Positions 58,023 through 64,000 of a stretch of DNA of 64,000 bases are shown here, in pieces (position 1 is the stretch's first letter; the number at the start of each line of letters is the position of its first letter). The DNA lies in assembly GCA_038231275.1 (NCBI GenBank), contig JBBRLQ010000025.1, positions 1 through 64,000 of the forward strand. The letters are read 5' to 3'. The notes under the pieces are model-generated. The model saw only the letters and a program-made list of their open reading frames with translations, had not been told where the DNA came from and did not search any database. Made by a program: the position numbers and the translations under genes. Origin of the DNA: Polyangiales bacterium. Lineage in GTDB: Bacteria; Myxococcota_A; Polyangia; Polyangiales; Polyangiaceae.

Positions 58023-58978
58023 GGCCCGGCATGCCCGGCCTGCAATCCACGATGACCTCGACCGACCTCGTCGCAAAGATCGCGAGCGCCAAAGAAGGCG
58101 CGACGGTGGTTCTGCCGCCGGGCCGGCATGACGTCTTCTCGCCGATCGTCCTCACCAAATCGGTGCGCGTGCGCGGCGCCGACGATGGGTCGACGGTCCT
58201 CGACGGTGGCAACGAGGGTGCGATCTTCATGCTCCTCGGCAACCGCAACCGCTACGGCTTCGAGACGCTCACGTTCCAGTCGGCGGGCGGGAGGCAAGGC
58301 GGCGCGATCGTGGCCCCCAACCGCAACGAGGTGGAGTTCGAGGGCTGCCGCTTCGCCGACAACCACACGACGGTCGGCGGCGGAGCCGGCGTCCTCTATC
58401 ACGCGCGCGGCGTCTTCCGTCGCTGCGTCTTCGAGCGCAACGTGTCGATGTGCGGCGGCGCGCTCGGCATCGGCAAGGACTGCGACCTCGCGCTCGACCG
58501 CTGCGTCTTCATCGACAACCGCGCGGACGCTGGCGGCGCGCTCTTCGTCGACGACACCGCGGCGCTCGAAATCAAGAGCTGCACCTTCGTCCGCAACGTC
58601 GCCATCCAAGAGGCGTGCGGCGCGGCGCTCTACGTCTTCGGCACCGCGCAGGAAGGGCCCAGCGCCTTCATCGCGAACACCATCTTCACCGAAGAGGGCG
58701 CGCTGTCGGGCGACACCGGCGGGGGCATGGTCTTCGTGACGCACTCGGTCGTCCCGAAAGACGCGTTCCCCCGAAAAGGGTTCAAGGACGTCGGGGGCAA
58801 CCACGCCGGCGCCGTGGAGCTCGTCGACCTCGGCGGCGGCGCCTTCGCCCTCTCGCGCTCGAGCCCCGCCGCAGGTATCGCCGATCTCAAACGCCTCGAC
58901 CCCCGCGCGATCGACATCCGTGGGGAACCGCTGATCCAGGGCAGCCGCGCGAGCCCTGGCGCCCTCGCACCCGCGTAA
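58019..58978 (+). CDS. Right-handed parallel beta-helix protein (GGA/FxxN repeats)
   Basis: Repeated C.F..N....GGA(L/I); GTGA overlap with upstream gene (ATG 58031 alternative). Confidence 0.8.
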   Translation: MRPGMPGLQSTMTSTDLVAKIASAKEGATVVLPPGRHDVFSPIVLTKSVRVRGADDGSTVLDGGNEGAIFMLLGNRNRYGFETLTFQSAGGRQGGAIVAPNRNEVEFEGCRFADNHTTVGGGAGVLYHARGVFRRCVFERNVSMCGGALGIGKDCDLALDRCVFIDNRADAGGALFVDDTAALEIKSCTFVRNVAIQEACGAALYVFGTAQEGPSAFIANTIFTEEGALSGDTGGGMVFVTHSVVPKDAFPRKGFKDVGGNHAGAVELVDLGGGAFALSRSSPAAGIADLKRLDPRAIDIRGEPLIQGSRASPGALAPA

Positions 58979-59126
58979 CTCGGCGGAGAGAGGTAGGACC
59001 TCCTGCGCCCCAGTACGGCGATGGCACGTCTGCGGGGGAAAGCCGGCACCGGCGACGTATATCCTTAGTAGACCCCTTCTATTTCACGTTCGGGAGACCG
59101 CCGCCGCGTACCAATGAGGGAGCCGA

Positions 59127-61823
59127 GTGTCCGTCACGTCCAATAACCTCAAGCTGGCGTTCGCCAATGGGAACGAGTCGCTCGACGTGCGGCAGTTCTC
59201 CGTGCACGAGGGGATGAACGAGCTCTTCGAGGTGACGCTCCTCGCGATCTCGGACGACGCGGACGTCGACATCAACGGCATCGTCGGCAAGGGCGCCGCG
59301 TTCAAGCTCGAGACGCCAAACCACCTCGCCGCGCACAGCGTCCGCGTCTGGGCCGGCGTCGTCGCGCAGATGTCGCAGGTCCACTCGGAGCGCGCGCCGG
59401 GCCAGTCGATGTACCAGCTCACGATCGTCCCCGACGTGTGGCGGACGACGCTTCGCAAGAACAACCGCATCTACCAGCACAAAGACACGCCGACGATCGT
59501 GAAGGAGCTGCTCACGGAGTGGCAGATCACACCCGTCGACAAGCTGAAGAACAAATACGCGTGGCACGAGTACGTCGTGCAGTACGGCGAGACCGACTTC
59601 GCGTTCATCTCGCGCCTCCTCGAGGACGCGGGCATCTCGTATTATTTCAGCCACGACAAGACGAGCGGCAAGGGCGCCGACATCACGAAGCTCGTCTTGT
59701 CCGACGAGCCGACGAACAAAGAGAACCTGCGGAGCGGCCCGCTCTCCTACGCCGGGCATCAAACGCCGCGCTTTGGCGCGGACATGGACTTCTGCGCGAC
59801 GGTCACGCTCACGCAGCGCATGAAGCCCGGCAAGCAGACGATCCGCGACTACAACTTCCGCACGCCCCTCCTCAAGTCGTACAAGACGTCGAAGTCCGGC
59901 AAGAAGGACGAGGACAACTACGAGGAGTACCGGTACCAACCCGGCGGCTTCTGGTGGGACACGAAGAAGCCCGAGAAGGACGTCGCGGATCGCGATCACG
60001 CGCCGAACAACGACGAGCCCGGCGAGGGTCAGGCGCTCGCGAAGCGCACGATGGAAGCAGAGCGCCGCCGGCGGCTCCTCGTCGCCTTCCACACGAACGC
60101 GCTCGATCTCGCGCCTGGCAAGATCGTCGGCATCAACCAGGAGTCGGAGCACAAGAACCATCCGCGCAAGGATCTGGCGCCCGACAAGAAGATCCTCCTG
60201 CTCGAGACGAACCTCGAGGGCGAGCACAACGGCGACTGGTCGATGACGTCGACCGGCGTCTTCGCCGACGTCCCGTACCGCCCCGAGCGTAAGACCCCGC
60301 GGCCGAAGGTCTACGGCCTGCAGAGCGCGTTCGTGGTCGGACCCCAGGGGCAAGAGGTCTTCACCGACGAGTACGGCCGCGTCCGCGTGCAGTTCCACTG
60401 GGACCGCGAGGGCAAGTACGACGAGAACAGCTCGTGCTGGGTACGCGTGAGCCACGGCTGGGCGGGCGGCAAATTCGGCATGATGGCGATCCCGCGCGTC
60501 GGCCACGAGGTGCTCGTCGAGTTCTTCGAAGGCGATCCCGATCACCCGGTCATCGCGGGGCGTGTCTACAACGAGACGTCGCCCGTTCCGTGGACACTGC
60601 CCGCCGAAGCGACCAAGAGCGGCTGGCGCACCAACTCGCTGCCGTCGTCGCAGCCCGGCTACAACGAGCTCGTCTTCGAGGACGCGGCGGGCAAGGAAGA
60701 GATCCACTTCCAGGCGCAGAAGACGCTCTCGTCGATCATCAAGAACAACCAGTCGTCGAACATCGGCGGCATGCGCACCGCGGCGATCAAGACCGCCGAC
60801 TCTCTCGACGTCGGCGAGACGATGACGGTGCACGTCGGCGAGAACTACACCGAGGGCATCGGCCAGCACTACACGCTGTCGATCGGCAAGACGACGGGGA
60901 TCGAGATCTCCGATCAGAAGATCGTTCTCTCGACCGGCGACGCCAGCCTTCAGCTCGAGAAGGACAAGATCACCATCCAGGCGAAGGGCAACCTCCACTT
61001 CCACGCCGGGACCGGGATGGAGATCGGCTCCAAGAAGCCGGGCATGGTCATCCTTCAGGGGGGCAAGAACATTCGCGTGAATGACGGCACGGCAGGCCCG
61101 AAGCCGACCGTCGCCACGGTCCCGCAACGCGATCCGCCGAAGCCCGCGACCGGCGGTCCGGACGGCACGCCGCCGGTCATCCCGAGCGGCGGTGGCAAGA
61201 TCGACCCGCCCGGCAAAGTCGACGACGTCAAGGTCGACATGCCCGAGGAGAAGACCAGCGCGGCAAAGCAAGACGAGGCCGCGAAGAAGGGTCCGAAGCC
61301 GCCGCCCGCGGCGCCGGACACATGGGTCAAGGACCACCCCGACGACATCAATGCGGCGCTCAAGGCGCAGCGCGACCTCTTGACCGCGAAACAGACCGAG
61401 CTGAAGACCTGGGACGACCCCGCAAAGGCGAATTTCAAGAAGTACTTCGGCACGACCTCCGACGAGGCGAAAACGAAGATCTCCGACCGCATCGACAAGG
61501 AGCTGGATCTCAACTCCAAAATGACGAAGGACAACTTCCTCCAGGCGGAGAAGCACGAGGACGGGACGTTCGCGTACGTCTACCCCGACGACGCGACGCA
61601 CAAGGTCTACCTCGACAGCGCGTTCGAGAGCGCGCCGCTCACCGGCAAGGACTCGAAGGCCGGCACGCTGGGCCACGAGATGAGCCACTTCAACGACATC
61701 GGCGGCACCAAGGACGTGATCTACGGCATCGGCCCCGCCATCAAGCTCGCGAAGAAGGACCCGACCAAGGCGCTCAATAACGCGGACAGCTTCGAGTACT
61801 ACCTCGAGGGAGCGAAGTGGTGA
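59127..61823 (+). CDS. vgrG: Evolved VgrG (copy 4) with C-terminal M35/aspzincin metalloprotease domain
   Basis: VQYGETDFAFISRLLE, TDEYGRVRVQFHWDR, IPRVGHEV; tip FAYVYP, GTLGHEMSHF, GGTKDVIYG, ALNNADSFEY. Confidence 0.93.
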   Translation: MSVTSNNLKLAFANGNESLDVRQFSVHEGMNELFEVTLLAISDDADVDINGIVGKGAAFKLETPNHLAAHSVRVWAGVVAQMSQVHSERAPGQSMYQLTIVPDVWRTTLRKNNRIYQHKDTPTIVKELLTEWQITPVDKLKNKYAWHEYVVQYGETDFAFISRLLEDAGISYYFSHDKTSGKGADITKLVLSDEPTNKENLRSGPLSYAGHQTPRFGADMDFCATVTLTQRMKPGKQTIRDYNFRTPLLKSYKTSKSGKKDEDNYEEYRYQPGGFWWDTKKPEKDVADRDHAPNNDEPGEGQALAKRTMEAERRRRLLVAFHTNALDLAPGKIVGINQESEHKNHPRKDLAPDKKILLLETNLEGEHNGDWSMTSTGVFADVPYRPERKTPRPKVYGLQSAFVVGPQGQEVFTDEYGRVRVQFHWDREGKYDENSSCWVRVSHGWAGGKFGMMAIPRVGHEVLVEFFEGDPDHPVIAGRVYNETSPVPWTLPAEATKSGWRTNSLPSSQPGYNELVFEDAAGKEEIHFQAQKTLSSIIKNNQSSNIGGMRTAAIKTADSLDVGETMTVHVGENYTEGIGQHYTLSIGKTTGIEISDQKIVLSTGDASLQLEKDKITIQAKGNLHFHAGTGMEIGSKKPGMVILQGGKNIRVNDGTAGPKPTVATVPQRDPPKPATGGPDGTPPVIPSGGGKIDPPGKVDDVKVDMPEEKTSAAKQDEAAKKGPKPPPAAPDTWVKDHPDDINAALKAQRDLLTAKQTELKTWDDPAKANFKKYFGTTSDEAKTKISDRIDKELDLNSKMTKDNFLQAEKHEDGTFAYVYPDDATHKVYLDSAFESAPLTGKDSKAGTLGHEMSHFNDIGGTKDVIYGIGPAIKLAKKDPTKALNNADSFEYYLEGAKW

Positions 61824-62251
61824 GCGACACGCAGCCCAACGTCCACGTCACGCTCTCGCTGCACTCCTCGGAGCAGCAGCTGGTGGCCACGCTCGTCTAC
61901 AAGAACGCCGGGACGAACGTGGCGTTCATCGATCTCATCAACGGGTGCATCAAGGGCGAGCTGAAGAACGACGTGTTCGAGATCGTCGCGCAAGTGGCGG
62001 GCGCACCGGCGAAGGAGCCGATTCGTTACAAGGGGCCGCGCCTGAAGCGTCGCCAGCCGACCCTCCCGGATTTTTTGCGCCTCGAGGCGGGCGCGGCCGC
62101 CGAAGCCAACGTCCGCCTCGACACGGGCTACGCGTTCCCGGCCGGCCGCGGCACGTACAAGATCGTCTACTCGTCTGTCCACCAATTCCCGCACAACGAC
62201 GACTATTGGGAGCTCACGTCGAACGAGCTCACCGTCACGTTTCCGAAGTGA
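61820..62251 (+). CDS. Putative immunity protein resembling an M35 protease propeptide
   Basis: GTGA overlap with vgrG stop; YKNAG..LKNDVFEI..IRYKGPRLKRRQP..DFLRLEAG..VRLDTGYAF..GTYKIVY. Confidence 0.7.
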   Translation: MSDTQPNVHVTLSLHSSEQQLVATLVYKNAGTNVAFIDLINGCIKGELKNDVFEIVAQVAGAPAKEPIRYKGPRLKRRQPTLPDFLRLEAGAAAEANVRLDTGYAFPAGRGTYKIVYSSVHQFPHNDDYWELTSNELTVTFPK

Positions 62252-62277
62252 GAGTCCCCGGAGCGAGCACCTAGAAG

Positions 62278-64000
62278 ATGACCGCCACGTCCAACAACCT
62301 GAAGCTCGCGTTCGCCCACGGCGAAGACGCGCTGGACGTGCGTCATTTCTCCATCCACGAAGGGATGAGCGAGCTCTTCGAGGTGAGCGTCCTCGCCATT
62401 TCGGACGACGCGAACATCGACATCGACGATCTCGTCGGCCAAGGCGCCGCGCTGACCATGGTGATGCCGAACTACCAGGCGCTCCACAAGAAGCGCGTCT
62501 GGACCGGCGTAGTGGCGCACGCGTCGCAGGTGCACGCCGAGGAGCACCCCGGCCAGTCGATGTACCACGTGATGATCGTCCCCGACTTCTGGCGGACGAC
62601 GCTCCGGCGCAACAGCCGCATCTACCAGCACAAGGACGTGCCGACGATCGTGAAGGAGATGCTCCTCGAGTGGGGGATCACGCCCGACACGAGCAACCTC
62701 AAGGCGAAGTACCCGCAGCTCGAGTACTGCGTGCAGTACGGCGAGACCGACTTCGCGTTCATCTCGCGCCTGCTCGAAGAGGCGGGCATCACCTACTTCT
62801 TCAAGCACGACGGGACGAGCGGCACCGGCACGAGCATCACGATCCTGATGCTGAGCGACACGCCGACCGACAAGGCGAACGAGCGCGGCGGCGTCCTCGC
62901 CTACGCGGGGCACCAGACGCCGGCGTTCGGGCGCGACAAGGACTTCTGCTCGACGGTGCTGGTCACGCAGCGCATGAAGCCGGGCAAATTCACGGTCCGC
63001 GACTTCAACTTCCGGACGCCGCTCCTCAAGTCGTACCAGACGGTCCCCTCGGGCAAAGCCGACGAGGACAAGTACGAGCAGTACGACTACGTCCCCGGCG
63101 CGTACTGGATCGATACCAAGCGCATCGAGAAGCCGGTGGCCGACGGCGGCACCGGACCGAACAACGACGAGCCGGGCGCAGGCAAAGACTTCGTGCAGCA
63201 CGGCATGGAGGGCGAGCGCCGCCGCCGCCTCCAGGTCGCCTTCAACACGAACGCGACGGATCTGGCGCCCGGCAAGATCATCGGCATCAACCAGGAGTCG
63301 GACTCCAAGGACCATCCGCGCAAGGATCTCGCGCCCGCGAAGAAGATCCTCCTCATCGAGACGACCCTCGAGGGCGAGGCGACCGGCGAGTGGACGATGA
63401 CGTGCAGCGGCGTGTTCGCGGAGTTCCCGTACCGCCCCGAGCGCCGGACACCGAAGCCGCGCATCTACGGCGTGCAGAGCGCGTTCGTCGTCGGCCCCGC
63501 CGGGCAAGAGGTCTACACCGACGAGTACGGCCGCGTCCGCGTTCAGTTCCACTGGGACCGCGAAGGCAAGTACGACGAGAAGAGCTCGTGCTGGATGCGC
63601 GTCAGCCAGGGCTGGGCGGGCGGCAGCTTCGGCATGGTCAACCTGCCGCGCGTCGGTCACGAGGTGATGGTCGAGTTCTTCGAGGGCGATCCCGATCGTC
63701 CGATCGTGACCGGCCGCGCGCACAACGAGACCTCGCCGGTCACGTGGACGCTGCCTGAGCAGCAGACCAAGAGCGGCTGGCGCACCAACACGCTGCCGTC
63801 GTCGGCCAAGCTCGGTTACAACGAGATGGTCTTCGAGGACGCGGCGGCGAACGAGCTCATCCACTTCCAAGCGGAGAGCCTGCTGTCGTACGTCGTGAAG
63901 GACAGCGAGTCGGCGAGCATCGGCAAGGGCCGCTCAGTGACCATCGGCGGTCCCGACAAGAACGGTCAGCCGGTCGGCCTCGATACGCTCGACGTCGGCA
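62278..64000 (+). CDS. vgrG: VgrG (copy 5), close paralog of copy 4, runs off the window
   Basis: ATG 62278 MTATSNNLKLAFAHGEDALDVRHF; VQYGETDFAFISRLLEE; TDEYGRVRVQFHWDR; no stop before window end so absent from the ORF track. Confidence 0.93.
   Translation, partial: MTATSNNLKLAFAHGEDALDVRHFSIHEGMSELFEVSVLAISDDANIDIDDLVGQGAALTMVMPNYQALHKKRVWTGVVAHASQVHAEEHPGQSMYHVMIVPDFWRTTLRRNSRIYQHKDVPTIVKEMLLEWGITPDTSNLKAKYPQLEYCVQYGETDFAFISRLLEEAGITYFFKHDGTSGTGTSITILMLSDTPTDKANERGGVLAYAGHQTPAFGRDKDFCSTVLVTQRMKPGKFTVRDFNFRTPLLKSYQTVPSGKADEDKYEQYDYVPGAYWIDTKRIEKPVADGGTGPNNDEPGAGKDFVQHGMEGERRRRLQVAFNTNATDLAPGKIIGINQESDSKDHPRKDLAPAKKILLIETTLEGEATGEWTMTCSGVFAEFPYRPERRTPKPRIYGVQSAFVVGPAGQEVYTDEYGRVRVQFHWDREGKYDEKSSCWMRVSQGWAGGSFGMVNLPRVGHEVMVEFFEGDPDRPIVTGRAHNETSPVTWTLPEQQTKSGWRTNTLPSSAKLGYNEMVFEDAAANELIHFQAESLLSYVVKDSESASIGKGRSVTIGGPDKNGQPVGLDTLDVG

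Noticed and set aside
27000..64000. Complete T6SS or eCIS/prophage tail locus
   Set aside because: No sheath, Hcp/tube, baseplate, membrane complex or ClpV genes recognised in this window

Overview
High-GC bacterial DNA whose gene content (many lipoproteins, DUF4388/PilZ/PEGA proteins, FGE-like protein, TIGR02270-like and DUF6484-like genes) suggests Myxococcota, probably Polyangiaceae-like (inference). The left ~27 kb is mostly housekeeping and signalling: sigma-70 factor, di-heme cytochrome c peroxidase with a small c-type lipoprotein, CheW-less CheA-like kinase with CheY and a duplicated REC-CheX protein, dacB, ABC binding protein, M15 peptidase, hppD-hmgA, pyrG, lactonase-like hydrolase with LysR, phospholipase C-like, TolB-like and Cu-monooxygenase-like lipoproteins. 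From ~27 kb on, the window is dominated by type VI secretion spike/effector/immunity genes with no core T6SS apparatus genes: five vgrG genes, a PAAR-like/Rhs gene split by an in-frame TAG, a decaying toxin-tip/immunity array, a prePAAR-TMD-PAAR effector with two candidate toxin domains and a DcrB/Eag chaperone, a possible dead-protease/immunity fusion, and an evolved VgrG with an M35 metalloprotease tip whose downstream partner resembles a free-standing M35 propeptide. All family assignments come from motif recognition by eye; no database searches were run.
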